A program made the position numbers and the translations under genes. 64,000 nt of DNA from Escherichia coli (GTDB lineage Bacteria; Pseudomonadota; Gammaproteobacteria; Enterobacterales; Enterobacteriaceae), in NCBI RefSeq assembly GCF_017348835.2, contig NZ_CP071375.1. One strand, 5' to 3'. Of this stretch, positions 10,496 through 19,092 are shown piece after piece (positions within the stretch are counted from its first letter, which is position 1; every line of letters begins with the position of its first letter). A model generated the notes under the pieces. The model ran no database searches. It was not told where the DNA came from and was given only the letters and a program-made list of their open reading frames with translations.

Positions 10496-12481
10496 TTATG
10501 CGCGCTTCAGATAGCGTTTATACCAGCGTTCGAAGGCGACGGCGGGCATCGGTTTGGCAAACAAAAATCCTTGCCGCTCATTGATCCCATTCTTGGTTAA
10601 AAAAGCATCTTCCTTTGCACTCTCTACACCTTCGGCGATCACCTGAAGATTCAATGCCTGGGCCACAGCGACGATTGCCCGAACCAGTGACTGCGAGACA
10701 GGTTGTTTGTGAATATCTCGAACAAAAACCTGGTCAAGTTTAATCGCATCGATCGGAAAGCGCGCCAGTTGCGAAAGTGAAGAGTAGCCGGTACCAAAAT
10801 CATCCAGATGCACTTGCGCACCTAATTGGCTAAATTGTTGAATAACAGACAGTGCCAGCACATCATTCTCAATCAGGCAGCTCTCCGTCAGTTCAACATC
10901 AATAGGGCAGTATTCAAAATTGAGTTCCTGGAGAACCTGTTTCAGGGAGGTGAAAATGGTTTGATCTGCGAGCTGACGTGCAGAAATATTTACCGCCACT
11001 CGCAGGTTAATACCTTTATCCCGCCACTTTGCCACCTGGCGTACGACATCGAGAATCACCCAACGGCCTAAAGGCACAATTAGCCCTGACTCTTCGGCGT
11101 AGGAAATGAAGTCCAACGGTGGAATCAACCCACGTTCAGGTGACTGCCAACGTACTAGTGCTTCCAGACTGCGCACTTCGCCACGCCAGGTGATTTTCGG
11201 TTGATAGTGAATAACCAACTGATCGTTTTCCAATGCTTTACGCAAGTTGGTATCCAGCCAGAGATATTCAAATACCCGCTGATTCATTTCTGGAGTAAAA
11301 ACGCAAAATTGTCCTCGTCCGCCTTCCTTCGCTGTGTACATTGCTGTGTCGGCGTGACGAATAATAGCCGCGCTGTCCGAACCATGTTCGGGAGAGAGTG
11401 AAATACCCACTGAACAGCTGGTATAAACTTCAATTAAACCAATACGAAAGGGGAGGCGTAAGCGGGTCAAAATTCGTGATGCCATTGCTTCCAGCGCGCT
11501 TTGTGAGGTATTGGATGCGAGTACCAGAAACTCATCGCCACCCGGACGCGCCAACACCTGGTCATGTTCGAGACAGCTTAAAATGGCCAATGACACGTCG
11601 CGTAATAACTGGTCACCAAATAAATGCCCATAGGCGTCGTTGACCTTTTTAAAATTATCCAAATCAAGATACACAACCCCAACTTTATTGTTATCTGCAT
11701 GATTAATAGCGTGATCGATTAACTCCTGCATTGCGTTACGATTCGGCAGTCCGGTGATACTGTCGGTATTTGCCAGAATACGCAGTCGCTCCTGAGCGCG
11801 GCGCTCTTCGGTAATGTCGGTGCCGGAACAGATTAAAAAAATCTCGTTTTTGCCACTGCCGCTGTGGACAAATTTATTGCGAAACAGAAACAGCCGCTGG
11901 CCTTTACGTGTTGGTATCCACAGTTCGACTTCATATGCATTGCCGCTTCGAAAAAATACACGGTTATTGCGCCTGGATGCCGCAGCTTCACGACGGCTCA
12001 TAAACAGTTTAAACACGCTTTGCCCAATGACGTCGTGTTCTTTCAACCCTGTGTAATCTTCACATAACCGATTGAAGCGCTGGATATTCCCCCGGCTGTC
12101 GAGAATGACTATTGCGGAATGTGCTTCAGAAACTACCTGCTCAGCAAAGGAAAGCCCGTGTGATAAATCACGAGCAACTGCCGGTGTGTCATGCCATGCA
12201 GACGCGTTGCCAGCCCATTCCCGTTTATTGATTTTTCGTCCTACCAGATGCACAGAAAGATCGCTCTCATCGACGGTCAGACTCATCATCAGGCTGGAGG
12301 TGATGACCGTCATTTCCCTGATGCGAGCAGCCTGTTCGGCAGATAACTGCAACGTACGTTCAGGTTCTGTGGTTTCGGTGGTAGAAAAGCGCAAAACATC
12401 GCTGCTTTCCGTCAACCGCCAGTATGGATTGTGCGATCCGAGAAAGTTGTACAACGTTGTGGACTCCCTAACGGTTTTCAT
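10496..12481 (-). CDS. pdeR: c-di-GMP phosphodiesterase PdeR (Gmr/YciR), PAS-GGDEF-EAL (661 aa)
   Basis: GGDEF motif (RPGGDEFLVL) and EAL motif (SLEALVRW) both present. Confidence 0.93.
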   Translation of the reverse strand: MKTVRESTTLYNFLGSHNPYWRLTESSDVLRFSTTETTEPERTLQLSAEQAARIREMTVITSSLMMSLTVDESDLSVHLVGRKINKREWAGNASAWHDTPAVARDLSHGLSFAEQVVSEAHSAIVILDSRGNIQRFNRLCEDYTGLKEHDVIGQSVFKLFMSRREAAASRRNNRVFFRSGNAYEVELWIPTRKGQRLFLFRNKFVHSGSGKNEIFLICSGTDITEERRAQERLRILANTDSITGLPNRNAMQELIDHAINHADNNKVGVVYLDLDNFKKVNDAYGHLFGDQLLRDVSLAILSCLEHDQVLARPGGDEFLVLASNTSQSALEAMASRILTRLRLPFRIGLIEVYTSCSVGISLSPEHGSDSAAIIRHADTAMYTAKEGGRGQFCVFTPEMNQRVFEYLWLDTNLRKALENDQLVIHYQPKITWRGEVRSLEALVRWQSPERGLIPPLDFISYAEESGLIVPLGRWVILDVVRQVAKWRDKGINLRVAVNISARQLADQTIFTSLKQVLQELNFEYCPIDVELTESCLIENDVLALSVIQQFSQLGAQVHLDDFGTGYSSLSQLARFPIDAIKLDQVFVRDIHKQPVSQSLVRAIVAVAQALNLQVIAEGVESAKEDAFLTKNGINERQGFLFAKPMPAVAFERWYKRYLKRA

Positions 12482-12681
12482 GATGCATATCCTCCGGTTA
12501 ACTGCGGAGTCCGCGGTTAAATAAAAGGAACAACATGACTTACATGAAATTAACGGCGGCTAAACGCATTGTTTTTTTTATATATTTATTTGTAATCCAG
12601 TTTTGGAAAAACGCCAGTTTTCAAACGAAAGTCAGTTAAAAAATCTGCCTGGATATAACGAAGGTAGAGCGGGGAAATAAA

Positions 12682-12707
12682 CGGCCCATCCATGAGGAAT
12701 GGGCCGT
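12682..12707 (-). terminator. stem-loop immediately downstream of rnb stop (CGGCCCAT...ATGGGCCG)
   Basis: 8-bp inverted repeat with 10-nt loop, about 10 nt after rnb stop on the minus strand. Confidence 0.4.
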
Positions 12708-12716
12708 GAAAGGAGA

Positions 12717-14651
12717 TTACGCGACCGGGCGCGCAATAATGCTGCGGGTTTCCATGCGGACTTCGGCAATGGTGACGTCAATAACGTCAGTTACTTTGTA
12801 AACCGTTTCACCTTTAATTTGTACAGTGCCGTTTTCCTGGCTGCAAACCAGTTCATCGCGCACAGCGTGTAAGAAAGGTGCCGGAATAAAGGCGATAGCG
12901 CCGTTATCAACCAAACGAACACGCATGCCGCCACGGCTGATATCGACAATTTCCGCTGCGAAACGGGTGTCGGTCCCGGCTTTGTCTTTCAGGAAGCGTG
13001 CGTATAACCAGTCACCAACATCACGTTCTGCCATCCGGTTGAGACGGCGACGCTCGGCCATTTGCACAGTGATTTCATCCTGTGGACGCGTCGCAGTTTC
13101 GCCTTTGATAACCGCTTTCAGCAGACGGTGGTTGATCATGTCGCCATATTTACGGATCGGCGAAGTCCAGGTGGCGTATGCTTCCAGACCGAGGCCAAAG
13201 TGAGGACCGGGTTCAGTGCTAATTTCAGCAAATGACTGGAAGCGACGAATGCGGCTGTCGAGGAAACCAGTTGGTTGCGCATCCAGTTCACGACGCAGTT
13301 TGCAGAAACCGTCCAGCGTGAGCACTTCTTCGGCATCGACATGCAGACCGTGCGTTTTCAGCAACGCTGCCAGCGCGTCGGCATTCGCCGGATCAAAGCC
13401 CATATGCACGTTATAGATGCCAAAACCGAGCTTATCGCGCAGTACGCGGGCCGCACAAATATTAGCGGCGATCATCGCTTCTTCGACGATACGGTTGGCA
13501 ATGCGACGAGGCTCGGCGACGATATCCAGCACTTCACCTTTTTCACCGAGAATAAAGCGGTAATCCGGGCGATCTTTAAACACCAGTGCGTGGTTATGAC
13601 GCCACTCGCCGCGTCGTTGGCAAATTTGCGCTAGCAAACGGACTTGTTCGGCAATTGCTTCACTTTCAGGCTGCCAGTCACCGGTATTTTCCAGCCAGTC
13701 AGAAACCTGGTCATACACCAGCTTCGCTTTGGATTCGATGGTGGCGGCAAAGAATTCGATATTATCTTCAATGGTGCCATCAGCGGAGAGCGTCATGCGG
13801 CATGCCAGTACCGGGCGGACTTCATTGGCGCGCAGTGAGCAGAGATCGTCAGAAAGCTCGCGAGGCAGCATAGGGATGTTGAAGCCAGGCAGATAGTTGG
13901 TGAATGCGCGAATTTTCGCGGCTTTGTCCAGTTTGCTGCCTTCAGCAATCCACGCGGTTGGATCGGCAATCGCCACAATCAGCTGAAGTTTGTCATCCGG
14001 CAACGCCTTAGCGAAAAGGGCGTCATCCATATCTTCTGTGCTGGCACTGTCGATGGTGACAAAATCCAGCGCGGTCAGATCTTCACGAACCAGACCTTCA
14101 TCGAGCATTTCGGTAGCGACGCCGTCTGGTGCTTCTTTTTCCAGATTATGGCGCGCAAGTGTAACCCACCACGGTACAAAGTGGTCGTCACCAAAAGTGA
14201 TGTATTGTGTCAGTTCAGCATAGAAAGAACGATCGCCTTTCAGCGGATGGCGGCGCATTTCGGCAACCGCCCAGTCGCCTTCTTTAAACTCGTGGTTCAG
14301 GCCACGGGCTGCGCGGCAAGGAATGGCGTCTTTTAAGAGTGGATGATCAGGAACGATGGCCAGACGGTCATTTTTGCCCTGAACTTTACCCACGAAACGA
14401 GTCAGGAACGGTTCAACCAGTTCTTCTGGCTCTGCGGATTCACGTTCTTTTTCACTGTGGATCACCGCGATAATTCGGTCGCCATGCATGACTTTTTTCA
14501 TCTGCGGCGGCGGAATGAAATAACTTTTTTGCGCGTCGACTTCCAGGAAGCCAAAGCCTTTTTCTGTGGCTTTTACCACCCCTTCAGCGCGTGGCGTCTG
14601 GGAATGCAGTTGCTGTTTAAGCTGCGCTAGCAGCGGGTTGTCCTGAAACAT
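12717..14651 (-). CDS. rnb: exoribonuclease II (644 aa)
   Basis: full-length ORF; RNB catalytic and C-terminal S1 domain sequence recognised. Confidence 0.97.
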
Positions 14652-14718
14652 AATTGTCTATTTTGGTGGCCATTAGAGCGGCTGACAGTTTTACGCGAAT
14701 CTGTCTGACGCGGCAAGG

Positions 14719-15846
14719 TTAATATGTCTCACCCAACGCGATTTTTAAGCGATTTATCCAGCCACACAGCCCGCTCCATACCAGCAGATTAATAATCTGC
14801 GTTGATGATTTTTCGTGTTCGAGTAAAGGGCTGAACTGGGCGGCGCTAAAGCGATCGGGTGCTCGGGTCAGCCATTGTATCGCCTGAACGGTAGCGCGCT
14901 CAACAGAATGACGGTCAGCCCATTGGTTAATTTCATTTTCGCCCTTGCGCATAAGGGTGCTGATTTTTTTATATTCATTTGATGAATCCATACAGGTGGC
15001 AAAACAAGCAGGACTGCCATTTATCCGCGCGCATAACAACGCCGCAAGCTGATTATCCGGCTGTGTATTAACCCGTGTGCTGTTTAACAACCTTTCGAGA
15101 AGGGAAAGTGAAATAGGGTGGAGAGAGAGTATTTCGGCCAGTTGGCAAAGTTCTGCAGTTGAACTTTTTGTGTGTTCTTCAGGTAGTTTTTCCACCTCAT
15201 AGCTGCTTCGCCAGCGTAATGATTCATCAGCAAACAGTGACGCGTCGGCGTAGTTTTGTATCTCCAGCCCGGGTAACCAGCGTACCGGATGCCCGAGATA
15301 AGCCTGAAATGTCGCAATTGTCCGCGCCTGAAAGCCAATAAAACCAATGATTTGGTTAATGATCACACAGTCCCAGGCAGTAAGACCGACGTCATTCAGA
15401 TGCTGGCGCGATCGGTTGTCGATAATAGAAGGCGAGCTAGCCAGTTGGCGGGCATATTGCGTGATTTGTGCCAACCGATGATTACTTTCCCTGGTGGAAT
15501 CAGGCCCGGGGAGCGGCGTAAGTCGCGCCGAATAGTAGTTACATAACCGCTGGACGCCGCAAACCTGAGCAACCGTCAGGGCCGTCGACAAGCGTTCATA
15601 AGCGGTGAAGGTCTGTGAACGGGTCACGGTAAGCTGGTCAGGGAACAAATCCACTGCAAGAACACGCGCAGGGTCCAGCCATGAAAGGAAGGGGGCCAGC
15701 GTTTCTTTTTCAAGGATCACGTCGAGTAGAAAGGGATCGCTGACCTTTGCGGCTTCCGGGACCAGAGGCAGAACGTCATACTCCGTAGTACTGGATTGCG
15801 TTTCATGATACCACTGGCTTTTGCCGGTGATGTGGCGTTGTTCCAT
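14719..15846 (-). CDS. yciW: YciW, CMD (carboxymuconolactone decarboxylase)-like protein (375 aa from MEQRHITG start; ORF track extends to 15924)
   Basis: ORF track; synteny between rnb and fabI. Confidence 0.82.
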   Translation of the reverse strand: MEQRHITGKSQWYHETQSSTTEYDVLPLVPEAAKVSDPFLLDVILEKETLAPFLSWLDPARVLAVDLFPDQLTVTRSQTFTAYERLSTALTVAQVCGVQRLCNYYSARLTPLPGPDSTRESNHRLAQITQYARQLASSPSIIDNRSRQHLNDVGLTAWDCVIINQIIGFIGFQARTIATFQAYLGHPVRWLPGLEIQNYADASLFADESLRWRSSYEVEKLPEEHTKSSTAELCQLAEILSLHPISLSLLERLLNSTRVNTQPDNQLAALLCARINGSPACFATCMDSSNEYKKISTLMRKGENEINQWADRHSVERATVQAIQWLTRAPDRFSAAQFSPLLEHEKSSTQIINLLVWSGLCGWINRLKIALGETY

Positions 15847-15951
15847 GGGCGCTCCTTGGTCGTAAAGGAAATCGTTATCCTGACGCAAGGCGGGAAGGGG
15901 AGAAAGACGGATCGGCGATAACAAATATCAGAAAGGTATAACAGAGATAAC

Positions 15952-15970
15952 GGGCGGCAGAACGCCGCCC
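15952..15970 (-). terminator. stem-loop downstream of fabI (GGGCGGC-AGAAC-GCCGCCC)
   Basis: 7-bp GC-rich inverted repeat about 20 nt after fabI stop. Confidence 0.4.
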
Positions 15971-15989
15971 ATCTTTACCAACAGAACGA

Positions 15990-16778
15990 TTATTTCAGTT
16001 CGAGTTCGTTCATTGCAGCAATGCTGAAACCGCCGTCAACGTGGACCACTTCACCGGAGATACCGGCAGAGAGATCGGAGCACAGGAATGCCGCAGAGTT
16101 ACCCACATCTTCAATAGTAACGGTACGGCGAATCGGGGTAACGGCTTCGCAATGAGCCAGCATTTTGCGGAAGTCTTTGATGCCGGAGGCCGCCAGAGTA
16201 CGGATCGGACCAGCAGAGATGGCGTTAACACGCACACCTTCCGGACCCATCGCGTTCGCCATATAGCGCACGTTCGCTTCCAGAGACGCTTTTGCCAGAC
16301 CCATAACGTTGTAGTTCGGGATAGCGCGCTCAGCGCCAAGGTAGGAAAGGGTCAGCAGGGCAGAACCCGGATTCAGCATGGAGCGGCAAGCTTTTGCCAT
16401 TGCAACGAAGCTGTAGGAGCTGATGTCGTGGGCGATTTTGAAGCCTTCACGAGTAACGGCGTTAACATAGTCACCATCCAGTTGATCGCCAGGTGCAAAA
16501 CCAATAGAGTGTACGAAACCGTCAAATTTCGGCCAAACTTTCCCCAGTTCAGCGAACATGGTGTCGATGCTGGCATCTTCGGCAACATCGCACTGCAGAA
16601 CGATGTCAGAACCCAATTGAGCGGCAAATTCTTCTACGCGGCCTTTCAGTTTGTCGTTCTGGTAGGTGAATGCCAGTTCAGCTCCTTCGCGGTGCATCGC
16701 CTGAGCGATACCGTAGGCGATGGACAGTTTGCTGGCAACACCGGTTACCAGAATGCGCTTACCGGAAAGAAAACCCAT
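15990..16778 (-). CDS. fabI: enoyl-ACP reductase (NADH) FabI (262 aa)
   Basis: SDR-type NAD-binding motif [13 protein letters not shown]; FabI sequence recognised. Confidence 0.97.
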
Positions 16779-17212
16779 AGCTTTAATCCTTATTGTTGAT
16801 GCTTGTTGTGCCTGAAAATCAGGCGATTCGTCGTTTTAGTAAACAGTACGAACAGATAAACGGTTATTATAATCAACCTGGCTGTGGGTGGCTATAGTTG
16901 CGCTTTCTGTACCGGAGAGAAGCTGCGGTACAGAGCATTTTGCGTTATCTACTCTTGACGCCTGCAAGGGGTAGGTTGGGGAAATATCTTATAGAATCTG
17001 ACTATGAAACTATTCGTATTAGCTCCGATAAGTTTGATGATGAAAACAGAACTGGCGACAACAAGTAGCTGCCTTTCTGATGAATTTACCCCAACTTAAT
17101 ATTGTCAACTATCTTCACAGAATCTCCACAATCTCTTCATTATCAGAATATGCACCATGAATAAGTTAAAAATACTTTCCATTACTTTGGAGAAACGTAT
17201 AATCAGCAAAAA

Positions 17213-17230
17213 TGAGAACGATCATTCTCA
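17213..17230. promoter_or_regulatory. perfect palindrome TGAGAA-N6-TTCTCA about 25 nt upstream of the TetR start; candidate TetR-family operator
   Basis: 6-bp perfect inverted repeat arms; TATAAT-like hexamer at 17198-17203 just upstream. Confidence 0.35.
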
Positions 17231-17255
17231 CCAAGTGATAGGCCAGGAGACAGAA

Positions 17256-17822
17256 ATGACCAGCAAGCTGGAGATACGCCACAAACAGCGTCAGGATGAA
17301 ATCATTAACGCCGCCCGTCGGTGTTTTCGTCGCTGCGGGTTTCATGCCGCCAGTATGTCGCAAATTGCCAGCGAAGCTCAGCTTAGCGTGGGTCAGATAT
17401 ATCGTTACTTCGCCAACAAAGACGCCATTATTGAAGAGATGGTTCGCCGTATCATCGACTTTCGTATTGCCCAAATGGACATTGACGCGCGTACCGATCA
17501 CTTCCCGGAAGTCCTTGCCTTGCGTAAATCCTTAAATGAGGACGACGACGCGCTGATGCTGGAAGTGGCTGCAGAAGCCACACGCAACCCGCGGGTTATG
17601 GCAATGCTTGAAGAAGCTGACGCCAGAATGTTCGCTAACGGTTGTGCACATATGAAAAGAATGCATCCCCATCTTAGCGACGAGCACATTCGTTGCTGCG
17701 TTGAAGTGTTTGCTACCATGATGGAAGGTACGGTTTATCGTCGTTTAACACCGCAAAAAAGCGATCCACAACATCTGCAGGAATTATATCAGGATATTGT
17801 TAGTATGTTGATAAATAAATAA
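17256..17822 (+). CDS. TetR/AcrR-family transcriptional regulator (188 aa from MTSK start; ORF track starts at 17157)
   Basis: N-terminal TetR HTH (SMSQIASEAQLSVGQIYRYFANKDAI); AGGAG RBS 8 nt upstream of 17256. Confidence 0.85.
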   Translation: MTSKLEIRHKQRQDEIINAARRCFRRCGFHAASMSQIASEAQLSVGQIYRYFANKDAIIEEMVRRIIDFRIAQMDIDARTDHFPEVLALRKSLNEDDDALMLEVAAEATRNPRVMAMLEEADARMFANGCAHMKRMHPHLSDEHIRCCVEVFATMMEGTVYRRLTPQKSDPQHLQELYQDIVSMLINK

Positions 17823-17842
17823 GAACAGAATTAACCAATAGC

Positions 17843-17866
17843 GGGGGATATTAATCCCCCTTATTT
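17843..17866 (+). terminator. stem-loop after TetR gene (GGGGGAT-ATTA-ATCCCCC + TTATTT)
   Basis: 7-bp GC-rich inverted repeat followed by T-rich run, 20 nt after TetR stop. Confidence 0.45.
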
Positions 17867-17923
17867 CATTGCGAAATTCATTTCGCGATGCGGGTTCGTT
17901 ATAACTGAATATCCCTGACATAT

Positions 17924-17960
17924 CCTCATTAATTTTAATGAGGAGGGTATTTCTCACCCT
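17924..17960. promoter_or_regulatory. two adjacent inverted repeats (CCTCATTAA-TT-TTAATGAGG; AGGGT-N7-ACCCT) directly upstream of the efflux operon RBS; candidate operator or promoter
   Basis: 9-bp perfect palindrome plus a second 5-bp inverted repeat within 50 nt of the MFP start. Confidence 0.35.
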
Positions 17961-17970
17961 GGAGAAAATA

Positions 17971-19092
17971 ATGAAGTATATAGCAACATCTGTAGTGGCA
18001 ATGCTGCTCTTATCTGGTTGTGATAATACGCAAAGTAACAATTCATCCCCGTCAGAAACAGAAGTCGGCGTTGTTACAGTCAAATCTCAACCGGTCTCGG
18101 TAGTCAGTGAATTAACCGGACGCACCAGTGCTGCGCTCAGTGCCGAAGTACGTCCGCAGGTTGGGGGAATTATCCAGAAACGCTTATTTAAGGAAGGTGA
18201 TCTGGTCAAGGCTGGACAGCCGCTCTACCAGATTGATGCGGCCAGTTATCAGGCTGCATGGAATGAAGCTCGGGCAGCATTACAACAAGCACAGGCACTG
18301 GTAAAAGCCGATTGCCAGAAAGCGCAGCGTTATGCCCGACTGGTGAAAGAGAACGGTGTTTCACAACAGGATGCTGATGATGCTCAGTCTACCTGTGCAC
18401 AAGATAAAGCCAGTGTAGAGGCGAAAAAAGCCGCACTGGAAACTGCGCGCATTAATCTTGACTGGACCACGGTAACCGCACCGATTTCAGGGCGCATTGG
18501 CATTTCGTCGGTAACCCCTGGCGCACTGGTGACCGCGTCGCAAGATACAGCGTTAACGACTATTCGTGGTCTGGATACAATGTATGTCGACCTCACTCGC
18601 TCCAGTGTCGATTTATTACGTCTGCGTAAACAGTCACTGGCGACCAACAGTGACACCATGAGCGTCTCACTTATTCTGGAAGATGGCACAACCTACAGCG
18701 AAAAAGGGCGTCTGGAACTCACCGAAGTCGCTGTAGATGAGTCTACCGGTTCGGTGACATTACGGGCGATTTTCCCCAATCCACAACAGCAGTTATTACC
18801 GGGAATGTTTGTTCGCGCTCGTGTCGATGAAGGCGTGATGGAAGACGCTATTCTCGCGCCGCAACAGGGCGTCACGCGCGATGCTAAAGGCAATGCAACT
18901 GCGCTGGTGGTGAATAAAGACAATAAAGTAGAGCAGCGAACGCTCGAAACGGGAGAAACATATGGTGATAAATGGCTGGTGCTAAACGGCCTGCACAACG
19001 GCGACCGACTGATTGTTGAAGGTTCTGCAAAAGTCACTTCAGGGCAGACGGTCAAGGCTGTTGAAGTTCAGGCTAATGGAGGCAACGCCTGA
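17971..19092 (+). CDS. RND efflux periplasmic adaptor (membrane fusion lipoprotein), AcrA/MexA-like (373 aa from MKYIATS start)
   Basis: lipoprotein signal with lipobox LLSGC; coiled-coil and beta-barrel MFP architecture; GGAG RBS. Confidence 0.9.
   Translation: MKYIATSVVAMLLLSGCDNTQSNNSSPSETEVGVVTVKSQPVSVVSELTGRTSAALSAEVRPQVGGIIQKRLFKEGDLVKAGQPLYQIDAASYQAAWNEARAALQQAQALVKADCQKAQRYARLVKENGVSQQDADDAQSTCAQDKASVEAKKAALETARINLDWTTVTAPISGRIGISSVTPGALVTASQDTALTTIRGLDTMYVDLTRSSVDLLRLRKQSLATNSDTMSVSLILEDGTTYSEKGRLELTEVAVDESTGSVTLRAIFPNPQQQLLPGMFVRARVDEGVMEDAILAPQQGVTRDAKGNATALVVNKDNKVEQRTLETGETYGDKWLVLNGLHNGDRLIVEGSAKVTSGQTVKAVEVQANGGNA

Noticed and set aside
16041-16799. 252-aa plus-strand ORF
   Set aside because: Lies entirely antisense to fabI, whose translation is unmistakable; long antisense open frames are common opposite GC-biased codons. 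Same reasoning applies to 47884-48636 (antisense ycjQ), 49924-50418 (antisense ycjS), 12072-12524 (antisense pdeR), 36485-36943 (antisense puuC), 37252-37713 (antisense puuB), 41237-41641 and 40920-41318 (antisense pspA).
17157-17255. N-terminal extension of the TetR ORF (start at 17157)
   Set aside because: Would place the HTH about 65 residues from the N-terminus, atypical for TetR proteins; the extension contains the candidate operator palindrome, and a good AGGAG RBS precedes the 17256 ATG.
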